Source of the DNA: Bugula neritina
Lineage: Eukaryota; Animalia; Bryozoa
Length of the DNA stretch: 64,000 nucleotides
NCBI GenBank assembly: GCA_964035545.1
Contig: OZ037768.1
Span: 4,186,741-4,250,740 of the forward strand
Direction: 5' to 3'
The notes beneath the pieces were generated by a model. It made no database searches, had not been told where the DNA came from, and saw only the letters and a list, made by a program, of their open reading frames with translations. Position 1 is the stretch's first letter; every line of letters starts with the position of its first letter. The position numbers and the translations under genes are program-made. Below, piece by piece: positions 49,201-63,661 of the stretch.

Positions 49201-52200
49201 TAAGAAAACATTACAGTGATTACACCAATTTGAGTAGAAAATCTCAAGATTCAAACTTTGAGAAAATAATTCAACTAGACTGGTTGGTGTAACTGAGATG
49301 TACTTGAAATGTCTTCAAGTGAAAATAAGTAGTAAAGCTAGATAAAAAAATTAACAAATCACCAAACTTGAGCTTACCTTGCATGCAGACGCAAGAATAG
49401 TGCCCTGGGGATTAGCTGCCAATGCGAATATCTCAAAACCATGACCATATAACTTTTGAGTTTCTGGCCAAAGTGTGTTCTGCAGCAAATTATCTTCAGA
49501 AGGAGGAACTGGCAACAGAAATAAAAGAATATCTACAGTGAGACCAGGTATTGAAGGTGCCAGTTAAATCCCTATTGCTACGCAAATACCAATGCTACGC
49601 TGCAGTGCCTGGAAAAGTTTTCATCTAAGGACTCAAGAAACATGTAACATGTAACAATAAATAAACTAGCTATTTACCTTCTGTATACACATTAGATACA
49701 ACTTGAAGTGGAATTGAGAGGAATGAAAATACTAAATTGCAAGTACACAGGTGCGAGAATCACCTGCCTGCATGAATTACTACCTGGTAGAACAGAACAC
49801 CTGAATGGCTAAAGTTAAATTAGTCAGTGAAGACCAATTTACTACGAAGTGAAGGTAACTGTGGAAAAACCCCAAAGAACACTTAAATTTGCTTTAAAAA
49901 AGAGTAATTAAACCTACTTATATTACAATACCATGCAAGATAAGTTGATAACAACTACAGCATAAAGCAGGTTAACAAGAAAACATGCATTACTCTGTTA
50001 ATCTCAGGATAAGCTAGATTTTGAAGAATGAAATAATCTGGCCTTTAACCGAGCATAAACCTTATACTGCAGGGATTATTTCTACTAACACTGTTCACTT
50101 GCAATGACTCTTTCAGTTTGTAATGCTTCTAAGATGCTTTTTTGATGGGGAAATACATTTTTTGTCAAGAAATGTTTTACCAGACAATTTTGATGCCCAC
50201 CAGTGAGATCTAGAGGTCTGAAGGAACTTTCAGTATACTGTTCATTAGCAACGGGTTGGACATCCTTGTCTGCGTACATGTCCACTGGCTGGTCGGCGAA
50301 GACTGCTTTGTTAGAGAGACCGAGGGCGGGCACACTGGCACCTTCGGCCATGGATCGCCCTTCCTGCATGGAAATTCGGCAATATATTAAATTGCTGATC
50401 AAATTAAAAAGTACAGTTGAAAAAATATATTTACTATTCAAATAAATTTTGTCTCTATAATATAACAAATTTTCCAGTGTTCACGGTTTTAGTAAATAAT
50501 TATTTAAAAAAGTAAACATAATAGTCACTATTATAAAGATGTTAAATGAATTGAACTCTAATTGTTTATTAATAGCTTGTTCAGAAAAATAATAATTAAA
50601 AATCTAAAATTTAGCACTGTAATGCAGAAGATTATATATCAATTAATAACAGCCCTGACATGCATCCCTGCCACCTATGAGGGATGAGATGTTTTAGCTG
50701 TCATTGTATTGACGCAATCAGAAAGCATATTTCAACACTTAATGTGTTTATCTTATCTAATAACTGATAATGTAACATATATATGAATTTAATATTTACT
50801 GATTATAAAAGCTTCAATGCTAGTAACATATTTCTAGAGAAGTGAACTTTAAAACTGCAATTACCTAATTTTAGTAAAATTTATTAAAAATTCTTTTCAA
50901 ATCGATGACTGACTTCCATTCCTTAACAAAATAGATCATTAATTACTTCAATAGTTCCCAAGACATGTTTTCTAAAAATATCGAACTATTTGATGTTGAA
51001 CATGACTGCTAATATCAATTTTTCATTCAATCATAAATTCAATCCGACTTCCTACAGACTACTGAATATAATTATGACAAGAGACGAATGACACTTGAAG
51101 GAAAGTTTACCACAGAGATATGAATTATGAACCGAGTTACCTTTTTCATTTGATGCAATTCAGAGCTAATTTTAGCATCACAAAGTTTATCAAGGTTTTC
51201 AAGGAAGTTTAGTGGGCACTGGAACACTCTCACAACTTTCTCATCAGCACCAGAAGCAAATGATAGACGACCAAGCATGGCAAGACACTGTAAGTCGTAG
51301 CCATGGACCTGAGGTCTCCCCATTTCATACCAGTTACCAGTCTACAACAAGTAGCCAATAGAAATGAGGATAACATAACTAAAATTGCTGTGTATTCCAC
51401 TTGCACATTTCTAAGTTAAAGTCTTTTTAAAAGCAATAAGAAGAAAATAATGAAAAACCAAATTATTTAAGGAATTAATTTCCAATAAAACGTTTTCAAG
51501 ATTTTAATCAACGTATAACTTTGTAATAACATGGGTTAAAAGTATTTCAGGAGCAGCTGTGGTCTAGGGGTTAGAGTGATTGACTAGTAAGCACAAATTC
51601 ATGGGTTCGAACCCCGACAAAGGCCATTGGTGATACCAGGAAGAGTATCCAGTCATAATTGCTCCTGTGCCTCATCTGAATAAGTCCTTAGCCAGATTTA
51701 ACAAAAACCCTTTCCATCAGGAGTTTTTTCACAGGGATGGTGACCATAAACTTGGGTGAGTTTTTTTATGGGTTGAAAATATTTCATTACATAACTAATT
51801 GCTTTTCTGATACCGATTATAGCAACAATTTGGAAGCAGGCCTTTCTAAACACATTTTTGTAAGATAATGGACAGTGTCTTCATGCAGGGAAATTGTTTT
51901 GGAAGCCAATAGGATACCCCACTTTTGGCAGTAAGTTAGTGTTAAATCACAGTAACATCCCAATTACATCATTAACACTATAGGTTAGAACAGGTGGGTG
52001 TTGGTGCAAGGGCTTTGGTGACATCATTTAGTCATGAGACTCCGGAACCATATTATGTACAGTCATACTTTTCTGGTTAACAAAGGAAACTTGTTCTTTG
52101 GACATCAGAGGAAAGTAGACAGAACCAATTGATGAATAATTATTTTAATAAGCAGTGCAATAGACTTCTAGAAGAACTATAAATTATTTTTGGGTTTTCC

Positions 52201-55200
52201 TTAGACAGAGGCGTTAAGTAAAGTGGTTTTGAAATTTAGGTTTCAACTTTTACACTGTATATTTTTTTAAATGAGGGTTTTAAAATTTTTATGTTCTGCA
52301 AAGTCTTTGAATAAATAAAGTATAAAGTGGATAAAATATTTCAATATTAGTAGTTCGACTATTTGAGTTGAAGGTTTTCTGCAACACTTTATCATTAGAA
52401 ATCTAGAGGCTTACTGACTTTATGCTACATAAAGTTTGTACACTATAATATATGCTAGAATGCAAGAGGACAAAAATGTCTACAAAAAGGTTATTAAGAT
52501 ATTATCATTAATTTTATATAAAGTGGTTATAAATTGTTTTAGTCTTTTATATCATGCAATTTGTGTTTTTAGTTTGCATATTTTATGCTAGACTGTTTCA
52601 GTAAATTTTAAACTTTCATGCAATATTTGACAGAAAACTTTTTGCATGAGAAGCATGCCAAAGCTACCCTATCCTTGATACACATGCAAGTGCTATGTCT
52701 TAGAAACTGTTATTGCAGAATAAAAAAATACTTGGTATGAAGGAGACATAGTTGACAAGATGTCAGGTGCATAAGTAGGTCAAGAAAAGGGAGGGACTTG
52801 GTGTGCAAAGACAAGGCGTGAAAAATGTAGAATTAACGAAGGTTTTGCTAGGTAAGATACAATTAGGCAATAGACCAGGCAGAATTTAAATATGCTTGCT
52901 TCACATTTTATGCTGTAGTAACTATTTATTTAGTGTATAGAGTATGGGCTATATATTCAATATATAAGTTACTCTGGTGATGAGCATTGCAGAAAATTTA
53001 GGAAAGACAATAAGACATATTATGCTGTGTGGGATAAACATTTATATTAATAAATATTTATAAAACTGGAAAATTTCTGATGTTCCCCAGGAAAGATACA
53101 ACAACTATGAGAAGCTTAATTGTTGCCCAACAACCAAAAACTGTTACTATCAATAAAATATGCGTCATACTTCATCTTTCTGTAAGGAATTGAAAAATGT
53201 GTGTTGGTAAGTTATAAATTATTTCAGATGACAATTAATGATCAGGTGGGTGAGTTGTTGCTTTGTTATGGAAATCAAAGCTTCACAAGTAGAACTAAAA
53301 CAACACCACACAAGTAATGATTAAAACAGAGCTACAACACATTACGGTATTTTGCTGAAAGCAATTTATCCATTATGTGCTATAGTTGTGTATATTTTTA
53401 AAAACTAACTAGAAAAAAATTATATAAACGATAGGTATTAAAAATTGCTAAAACGCAAGAGGTACACAAGTAGACTTATCGCACACAAATTTGATATTTT
53501 TAAATCATTGCACTACAAAAAGTTTACATATACATATATGGAACTACTACAAGAAATAAAGATGTTTTTTTTTCAAACTTGAACATAACATTTAGAATTA
53601 AGTCCTTGAGCACATCATATAATATCCTTGCCAGCTCTGTACATTTTAAACTGGACTCCTTTTGACAATCTTTCTCCAACCAAGAGATGTCCATAAGGAC
53701 TTAGTGCACAAAGTATAGGCCTAGTTGACTCCTTTACCATCAGCGCTCTACTCATATCCTTCTTTATAGCGATGATGCTACTCTTATAATAAGAAGTAGC
53801 TAATACAAATCCAGTTTTTCTGTCAATAGTGAGACAAGCAGGGTGGTTGGTAGTATCAGAATGCCCATAAGCAAATGATATGGCGTTTTCCGTGGTAAAG
53901 CCAATTATTCTGGCTTCATCTGAGACTAGCACCAGTTTACCATATAAGGCAATATGCGCAGGACTCGTTAAAGTTCCAAGCCCCAACTTTTTTACAATTT
54001 TATTGTTTTTATCAAAAACGTAAACGCACCGATCACTTTGACTGCAGACAAAGACAAAATTTGAGGAGCTAACAGTCACACCACACGGAGCAGGTACTGG
54101 TCCGTACTCCATTAGTTGTATTCCAATATGTGTAAATTCTTTGACGCAGTCATTTTTGTGATCAGAAACAAATACATTACCATTGTCGTGTATATGTATT
54201 CCCCACGGCTCTTGTATCTTATCTAAATACAAGCGCTCCATAAAATGTCCATTTGCATCATATAACTGGACAGAATGCCGAGATGTGAGAATGACATTGC
54301 AATCACCATCAAATTTAACATCTCGGATTTTATGATGTTTGGTAAAGCTGAGATAATGCCTCTTTTTGATCCAAGATTCCGAGTAGACGTCATTACTGTT
54401 AGAATCTGACAGAGATACCGTTGAATGTACCTGCACTTGTGAGTTTAAAAACCGGTCCAAAGTTTCTTTAGAAGGAGCAACTTTTCTGCTGCCACTGCTG
54501 TGAGATTGTCGTAAAACTTGTTTAGATGTAGTTGATGAAACCTCTTTGACAGTAGATCGGTTTAGTTCTGGTGTAGATGGAGTGGAGGAGGACGAAGATT
54601 CGGATGGTGAGCGAGATTCAGTGGATGGAGAAAGTGAGTCACCTGTGGTAATGCTGCTAAGCGAACTCTGGTGAGCAAATATATGTGAGTTATTGGCGCC
54701 TCCAAAACCGATTGGAACACCAACTGGAGGACTAAATCCATTGCCAAAATTGAGTACAAGTGTAACGTTATTTTCAGGTGCGTTAAGGGTAAAGCTACCT
54801 CTATTAGAAGCTGCCAATGCAGCAGCTCCCGTAGATGATAGTTTGAGTTTCTCCAAACTCTGTTGAGTTTCTAACAAACCTCTAGACATTTTGCGTGCCC
54901 ACCATCAAATCACCATTAAACAGCTTCAGTTACTTACAGTTATTGGGCGAGTTAAGCCTATATTAATATAAACCAACGCCTAACCACACTCAACAACAAA
55001 TGAATATAAAATTTGAATGATTCCAGCAGAAAGTATTATGCGAGGCTTTAGCCAATGACAGTGGATCTTATGTCTGATCCAATCGATAATCATTTCAGAC
55101 TAGTGCCAATTTACCTGTTGCCATAGTGATAAAATATTAAAAATAAAATATTGGTCTGTAAAATAGTACAATGAAGTATATTCAATGAGAAGAAATGTGC

Positions 55201-58200
55201 AAATCCCTTACATCATCATTGATATAATTATAGGTATGATCAAATTTTTGATATGAAACTGTCACTAAATGTTACAGATACATTACATAGCAATACGTGG
55301 TGGGTCTAAATCATATCTAATTGATGACTTTTTGACTTCAACTCTTGCTAGAAAACAACTAGAGCAAACTTTCTTAATGCCAAATCGTTTTATTTTTAGT
55401 CCAATAACAAAATAGTTGATTTGCAAATTATCATTAAGAAAGGAAAACGACTACCAAATAAGAGCATACTGATAGCAAGTTGAATATGTGTACAACGGTC
55501 AATTTGAATTTCATGGACTTGCAGATTGTTTTGTCTAGTGAGGGTAAGTGAAATTCGCCATATTAGTAGAATTGCTCTTTTGCAATATTTTAGACTGTGT
55601 ATACTGCAGAGCAAAGTATTAATTGATTTTTTTAGCCTCAATACTGTGCAGCAACCTTCATTTTTCTTCATGACATGTGAAAACTTGCTAATACTTGTCA
55701 TATTATAGCAGCTGCTCCTACCAAATAGAGACATTGCAGCCTTAAAGTTCCGATAAACATAATGTATGTTGTAAAAATTACCTCTTTCCAAGGAGCAAAT
55801 AGCCGAGTTGTTTGATCAAAGCTCGTACTTAAAAGGAAATGGCCTTCAGGATCCCACGCAATATCAGTGACATCACCAAAGTGTCCACTGACAGCGATGC
55901 CTCTACACCAATGCTCATCTCCCTAAACGGCATCATTTCTAAATTATCTTCATTTTAGTTGGGCTTAGAATGAAATTAACACTGTTGGATACATTTAAGA
56001 AAAAATACAATTATATGGGTGAAAAAATACAATACCTAAATTACATATTAATTAATATTACATATTAATAGTAACTTGCCATGCTGTCTACAATCAAAAT
56101 TGACATCAACTCAATAAAAGAAAGTACGTAGAATAGTAGAATGTAATTAACTAGCATTCTTCTGCATTAAGTTTACTATTAAACTATAAAATATAATTGT
56201 TTAAATTAACAGCTTTCATTTATTACATTTCATAATTTATTACATTGATACATATATAAAAAACACAGACATTAATTTATAATGTCTTCCAATTAAATTA
56301 GGATATTTAGATTATAAGAACAGTAAAGCAATCTCAATTATGTCGCATCTGAAAATGATTTATTGCCATAATTCACCTGCACTCGGATCAAGCGTGTTTT
56401 GCGAGAAGGTATTTTATTTTGGCAATTATTTAGACAAAATATGTAGGTATATTAAAGAAAAACTGCCGTGTAATGTGAAAGTTGAAGCCAATAAAAGCGT
56501 GCCATGTGTCAAGTGCGCATTCGGAAGAAATAACTCAAAATACTTGGCTTCAATTACTAAAAGTATTTTTAACTTTCATTTATTGTTTCTAAGTTTGAAG
56601 TATTTTTAAAAAAAGTGTGTTTGATGATTTCCTTTCTTTTCTATTTCGAAGACTCATTTGATTAACAAGGTGACCAACTTTTATGTGCTACAGCTGGCAT
56701 ATTTAAAGCCACTATATTCTGCTATTAATAGCTAGTGTCGGTCAACGAATAAACATCCAGATGAAAAATTCTAACAGAAAAACTAGCATTTTTATTTTCT
56801 CCCACTATTTCCCTGTGAGATCTGAAATGCTATAAAATATGCACCACTGGAACATAAAAACAAATCAACTAGAACAAACATATTGACATGTTTAATCCTA
56901 TAAAAATGATGATTTCAGAAAACTGGAGGTGTTCATGATCAACCAGAGAGCTATACCATGACATACAGACTCTAGTATCCTGATACAAAGTAAGTTTATC
57001 AACAACATGGAGCACATGACTGGAATAACATCCGCATGAATCAATAGAGAATATAATGTGTACCGAGGAGGATGTGGTCAGATTCCACAAGGTGAAGGCT
57101 CCGTGATATCCGTGAGCCAGAATAGTTCTACCGTCAGCGCTAAACTGGCAGCCGTACAGACCCAACGTATTGCCCCCTACCTCGCCAACTCTTAGCTTTT
57201 CTTCCCACACACCTGAGAAATACACAAATTAAATCAAACCCTAGTGTAAGCTTAACATGAGAACCTTGGTGGTAATGTTTGGCCCTTCACAAAGCATGAT
57301 TCATTGTGAATGTAAAACTAGTGCAGATATCGGCAGCCGTGTCTCAATGAAACTGTTACTAGGTTAGTGAAGTGTGCAGGAAGATCTACTATAAATTTGG
57401 TAAATGTTTACAAAATTAAAATCATTATGAAGTTTACTGAAAATATTACTAGCAGAACTAAATTTGTCTGTAGTATTTTCTTGCTGACTGCAGAGTTAAA
57501 GACACACTTCTTACTTCCCACACTTGATTACAGCTGCAAAGAGACCCATGTGTGTTATCATACGTACCAGTATCAGCGTCCGGCTGCCAGATTATCATAG
57601 TCTTGTCCATAGAAGCAGTTAGCAACTTCATGGGCTGCCGACTCGTCCCGGAGGCATCCAAGATCTTTGGGTGCCAGTGTATGCCATAGACCCAACCCTC
57701 GTGGCCATACAGCACCGTCTCCACGGTTACAGAAAAAGTCACATTTTTCTCTGTAACATCATAAGACTTATAAGTTACGTATTAAAGTAAGCCTGGACCT
57801 CCACAGGTGTGAGAGGGGAGCACCACCATACCAACCGTTATCAAGTGATGAGCTAACTGAGAACTCACTCTAGACTGAAACCCCAGCCTGTAATGTTGTA
57901 AAGATCCTGCATGGTCAACAAAACATGTTTACAGAACAGGATCACCACCATATAAGAATGAAAGGTTTAAAATTAATCTTATATTATTATTCTGGTAATA
58001 AAACAATGACTCAATGACCCAGTTACAATTAAATCCACTGACCTATATCTTATGACCCACTATTATGACAGCCAATTAGTGAACAGACTATTACGTGGGT
58101 GGTAATGAAGCAAGAGTGGATTATTGTCATAGCTGCATCTCATTACACTCAGCTGACACGAAGTTATTAGAGAAATAAATATGCAGTGCTAAGATTCTTG

Positions 58201-61200
58201 AGCAAATGGGTTCCAGTAGGATTTATCGTTGGGTTGAAAAAATAATTGAGAAAATGCCATCCAATGAATCAGGAGGAAAATATTTCTCTCTGACACAATA
58301 TTCTGCTAAATGTTGGGAGAAATTTCAACAAGAAGTAACACCTGAGAATTCATCAATAAAAAAAATTTGAACTGAAGGATAATTAATGATGTGATGCAGC
58401 CCTAGGGACTAACATTGAATCATTATGTAATATTATAATACTCTGATATTGGTGTATTGTGATTGTAATTACTGTTATGTTAATGAATATAATATTTAGT
58501 AGAAAAAAAGCAAAACTCAGGCATTTCTACTTAAAAACTATGAGCCAATTTACACAACTGTTTCTTGACAGGCTCCCTTAACCTGCTTTACAACAAATAG
58601 ATTAAATTTATGGGTTGAGGAGACAGGATTATATGGTATTAAACTCACCATTAACTTCAGCGACAAACACATTTTCCTTCAGTTTAATTTCGCCAGAAGG
58701 ATTCTGGGAAGGGTCTGGGACTTTGTTCGGAGATTCTGTGATGCGCCATATTCTAACAAAGCAGTCCTGGGAGCAGCTGGCCAATAGCATGTCCCCTTTA
58801 TCTGGAAACGAAATGCTTTACATTGTCATACATGATAACCTTCTGGACTGAAATATCATAAATTTATCATGGTTATCAGTTACTTTATAATTGTAACAGT
58901 TGACATAAATTTGTTACCTACTGTAGTTAATGCTAAATATTGATAAATGATACTTAATAAAGAGGTGTTCTACAATATATTCTATACCTGTGAACATAAC
59001 TTGTACCGTGGAGGTGATCTATTAGTGTATAAGGAAGATAGAGTGTAGTATAATTGCCTCTGCTCACCCCACTCATGGATAAACATAAATTATAAATATT
59101 TCAAACCAACGACAACGCATACTTGCCAATCTTCCGCCTATTATCTTAGCATGAAAAAGAAAAGACTATCTTGAAGCAGATTAATATAGGATTATAGGCG
59201 GCAAAATATCATTCAAGTTCTCATAACTGCTTATAAATGTGCCGGAGAAGCAGATAAGACGTGGGGAAGAGAGAGACACTGTTCGAGCAGTATATTATCT
59301 GAATAGCCATTTAGCTACAACAGGTCTCTGCACATGTTTGAAAAAACCAGAAAAACAAAAAAATGTTAATTAAGTTTCTTCGCTATGCCTAGTTGCACAG
59401 ATAAACTAATCTTAGCCCTTAGCACACAGTCAAAACACTCTATTTTTAGTATAATCTACCATATTTATATATAAATATCAAGCAAATTATGCATGCATTC
59501 CCTGTATAGGCTCCATATGAGCACACAGTGTAGCCAGATGCAGTTCAGTGTATGCTGTGCATTATAATATATTCATTGTATGTATGAGTAAAGGGTAAGA
59601 GCACAGTTAAATTCAGTATAGCTGTGGTTTATGGCATACTTCTACATGCAGTGTTTGATATATCCTTGACACCAGGGTTTGTAATAATAAACTTTTCCAA
59701 TATTGTTTAAATTCATATCGAAGCTGGTAAAATATTGTCACTGTTGAATGATTAAATAAGTGTATTTTATGCAATGTACCGTATTGAATGTGCATATAAT
59801 TAGTATTTGAAGTAACACCGCCATATATGAATGTTAGCCCACACCCAGTTGGATAGTCTGGTACCTAGTGTAAGAGTTTGAGCCCTCCAACACCCATCCA
59901 ATGATACAGAAAGTAAATAGATAGAAGATAGCTGGTAAAATGTTGTTATATAGAATGTGAGTAGTGCAAGTGTACCTAGTGACTGTGTAAGTGGTGGTGG
60001 AGAGGCTGTAGCACTCTGACATGCTCTTAGACTAGAATATTATTGCAATGCTTAGCATCATGTTCCGGTGCACCAGGTAACATTAAACATCCCACGTAAC
60101 GTTAAATATAATTCATAGGTGAGGAAAACTTTTATATGAATAAAAATGCTTTAATGACCAGTTTTCTGTAATGATATCATTATATAATGATGAATCAACC
60201 AGATACCTAAACTCTTATTTCAACAGGCATATTATATACATTTGTGTACTTGCTATAATACAGTTACAGCAAAATATGGCTCCCTTCCCACTGATCTGCA
60301 GCATGAATGGGGAGGGTGTGAGGACCGGTACAGTAGAGCCCCTTACTGCAACACTTTGAGATCTGACTTAGTAGCCACAGGTAGTGGGCTAGATATCTGA
60401 TTATGAATAAACCCCAAAAGCCAGTAGGCGTTGATGAGTTGAATTTTTTGGTTGAATTAACAATTAGTACTAGTAGAAGGACTTGAAGTTGGACTATATA
60501 TGAATGGAATAAATGGCATAATAATAGGATCAGGTAGACCAAAAATCAGAAAGGAGCTTAAAACTATTCAAATTTCCATTCAATCTTATGATTGCTACCC
60601 ACTACCTTCATCCAACATTCAACAATAGTGAATGGTAGGACTTGAGAATTTACATAATCACTTGTGAAATCAAATTTCCCATCACAGTCTATTATGATTA
60701 TGTTATTATGTAATCAGAACAACTACCCAACAGTTATTTGCTAATAAAACCCTCTTAGCCAGCCCCATAAATGGTTCTAAGCAGTTGCAGTATCCATTGT
60801 ACATACCATCAGTAGTAAAGTCCAACCCTCGAATCCAATCTTCATGACCGTGCAAGGAAATGGCTTTCACAAACTGAGCAAAAATCACAAATACATGATA
60901 GAAACTGGTGAACAAAGACTTGTTTCGTAGAATAAAAAAGTGGTTACTATAAAATCTGTCATACAATTTATCATATAAGAAGCATCAGCTACTCACCTGT
61001 CCTGCCTGCTGTATAAATATATGAATTTTGGCATCGTCTCCCCCACAAGCCAGCACTGGAACTGTAATATAAACATCTACATGCACACATGCTTATTCAA
61101 TTCATGCTTTTAGCTCTTCAAATTTAGCCATTCCTTCAAAATTTCACAATTTTGAACACTTTGACATTTATAGTGCAAATTTGATAAAGTTGGCCAAAAA

Positions 61201-63661
61201 TTTATTTTACATTTCAGAGTTAGATTTCACACCCTGTATTATATACATAAGCATATTGCAGTTCAACGCCCTGTAATTGAATGCAACTATGACAATACTT
61301 TTGTTTAGGCTAGAAATTAACCTCAGACTTAATTAGAAAATTATACAATACACACGTGTCTAAACATGGAACAAGTGTTTCAATGGTAGCGTATATAAAA
61401 TTGATACATATAAATAATGAGAAGACAACTCGAACAAAACCCCATTTCAGCTGAAAACGGGTATGTCAAGTAATTTATTGAATTCAATTGAATCAAGTTG
61501 GGAATCACCCAGTTTAATTTCATGTAACCACTAGCCTTTGCACATCACATAGCTAGTTAAAATATTCTAGTAGAATATCTACTAACCAGAAGTAGCTGAA
61601 ATAAACGTCAATTGCAGAGAAAGAATGAATCCAGTTCCAAACTTTATAGCTTGCAGAGCTTTCTCGGCATCTGGAAAATAGAATGACTGGCACATACTAA
61701 ACATTTATATATGTAACGAAATCAGTATTCATACTGGCAATTCTTACAATGCTAAATTTTAGCTGTTGACCTTGGTGTGGGTTGCATTGCTATAATGTCT
61801 GCCATGAATATACCCAAAGTAGACAATTACTAAAGCCTAAATAATTAGGTTACGTCTGTAAGATATATAAGCATGAAACTATGCCGTCTCCCAACAGGAT
61901 AATCCGATGCAGTGAGAAGCTCTCTAACAACCTTTATCTGGTTGATAAATCCTCACATAAGAGTCTCCACACGCACTGGCTAACAGAAACTGGCCAGACT
62001 TCAGAGCAAGTCCATCACAGCAGATCACACTTGACTGTGAATCTTTAAAACAACACACTGATTCAATCTACAACAAAATATTATTAAATAATGTTACACT
62101 TGGGGTCAGTTTTCAAATCTAAAGATTGGCATCGTTTAGCCAAAATTGGCAAATTCATTGCACACCATAAATATACATAATTAAATTTTTAGAAAAGTGT
62201 TACGAACCTCTCGAGTGTTTCTATGATATTTGCACAAGCAGAGAGCCTTGTCAACTCCTCCACTAAGGAAATAACAAAGTTCAGAAGAATTTGTAGAGTT
62301 TCGAAGCCATCTAACACAATTGACTCTATCCTTGTGAAGAGAGTTACTAGATATTACTCTTGGAGCACCATTCCTTTCAGACAAAACCTAAGGGGGAGGG
62401 GGTGGAATGTAAGAAATATTAAAATACTTTAGTAGTTACCCTTAGGAGAATTTATGCGACTTTCAACTTTTGTCCTATCTAAAAATTGGCATAATACAAG
62501 CCACTTTTACGATGACCAAAAAACTATTTTCAACAACTACTTTTATACTGCTACATTTTTATAAGAATAATTTCCTAAGCTTTCAACTCAACAGCTCAAG
62601 TCATTAAGCCAAAAGCTCGAGCAACAAAATTATTATTCATAGAAAGATACTTCTAGACTTGAACTAAGTTTAAACAGAAAGTAACATTTTAAAAAATATA
62701 TTCTACAATGTAGGAATACTAGAGTATCCAAACAAGGTATCATCAAGTGGGTTTCATTTATATTTAAGTGGTGCATTTGTAGAACAGATTTACATTTTAT
62801 GAATTTTGTTGTCCTGGTGGTCATATGCTTCTTTTAGAACTACTTAAAATATCTAGGATTTTAGATTATAAAAAGCTAGTAGTCAACAAAAACGGTTAAT
62901 TATTTTATGCAATACTGTAATTAACTGCTTCCAAACTTAAGGAATTGTAGAGGTTTTTTTTACTGGAAATGCCATATATTTTACCCAAGTTTTACTATAA
63001 TAGATAACTGCTAAATACAGTTTCACAGAAATGTCTCACCTTTAACTCATGTGATGGAGTAAGTTTTATTGACTATAGATTAAAACTGTGAAAAACACTA
63101 TTAATTATTTTGATAAAATTGCAAAATTAAAGCCAGTACGGTTTGCAGTGTAAGGTTCATCCATGATGACATATGAGCATAATTCCGGTGATCAAACATG
63201 GTTCAATTACAAAAACTTGAGCTATTTACTATACCTAAAGCTTGAAGAGTTTAAATTATATTTAGTCTAACTCTATACATATATTAACTTTGAAAAGAAA
63301 GTTGCTATTTCAAAGTCAAAGTGCTAAAGCGTGAATTCAATACAGTCTTGACAAATTTTAATGTAAATTTATAATAAGATGATAACATTAACTTTAAGTC
63401 CTAAGATAAAGTTAACAAAATTAAATTATATACTAATAACTTGCAGATCACGATAATAAAAATTATTAAATCAAATTAAAAACTCACCACTGCCACACTG
63501 TTTCTTGCTGCATATAAAAATAAACCATCATCACCTTGTTCGTCTTGATTTTGGGAGTCCTGCAGCCAATGAACACTGCTGGGTGTTCTATTGCACCCAC
63601 AAGATGTAAAAGCTGTTTTTGCAGACAGAGTGTTGTTTAATTCAAAAGAAACGTTGTTCAT
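43204..63661 (-). CDS. ELP2: Elongator complex protein 2 (WD40 repeats), about 18 coding exons
   Basis: Approximate exons: 63661-63488, 62387-62208, 62067-61932, 61670-61588, 61061-60997, 60873-60807, 58801-58648, 57750-57568, 57212-57063, 55922-55781, 51341-51141, 50363-50201, 49508-49378, 48752-48568, 45872-45754, 45619-45473, 44022-43922, 43348-43204. Signatures [108 protein letters not shown]. Confidence 0.95.
44540..44788. repeat. 31-bp minisatellite (TAGTACTGTATATACCCTATAGTAAGTATAC), about 8 copies, ELP2 intron
   Basis: Visible tandem units. Confidence 0.9.
51550..51745 (+). mobile_element. tRNA-derived SINE (ELP2 intron)
   Basis: Pol III A box (TGGTCTAGGGG) and B box (GGTTCGAACCC), followed by a non-tRNA body shared with 41055-41235; no acceptor stem. 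Confidence 0.75.
53615..54889 (-). CDS. Intronless NHL-like beta-propeller protein with a Ser-rich N-terminal region (424 aa), nested in an ELP2 intron
   Basis: Long ATG-initiated ORF in AT-rich DNA. NHL-type repeats [55 protein letters not shown] and [18 protein letters not shown]. No RING or B-box. Confidence 0.85.
   Translation of the reverse strand: MSRGLLETQQSLEKLKLSSTGAAALAASNRGSFTLNAPENNVTLVLNFGNGFSPPVGVPIGFGGANNSHIFAHQSSLSSITTGDSLSPSTESRSPSESSSSSTPSTPELNRSTVKEVSSTTSKQVLRQSHSSGSRKVAPSKETLDRFLNSQVQVHSTVSLSDSNSNDVYSESWIKKRHYLSFTKHHKIRDVKFDGDCNVILTSRHSVQLYDANGHFMERLYLDKIQEPWGIHIHDNGNVFVSDHKNDCVKEFTHIGIQLMEYGPVPAPCGVTVSSSNFVFVCSQSDRCVYVFDKNNKIVKKLGLGTLTSPAHIALYGKLVLVSDEARIIGFTTENAISFAYGHSDTTNHPACLTIDRKTGFVLATSYYKSSIIAIKKDMSRALMVKESTRPILCALSPYGHLLVGERLSKGVQFKMYRAGKDII

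Noticed and set aside
51550-51625. tRNA gene
   Set aside because: A and B boxes are present but there is no acceptor stem, and it continues into a body shared with another SINE copy.
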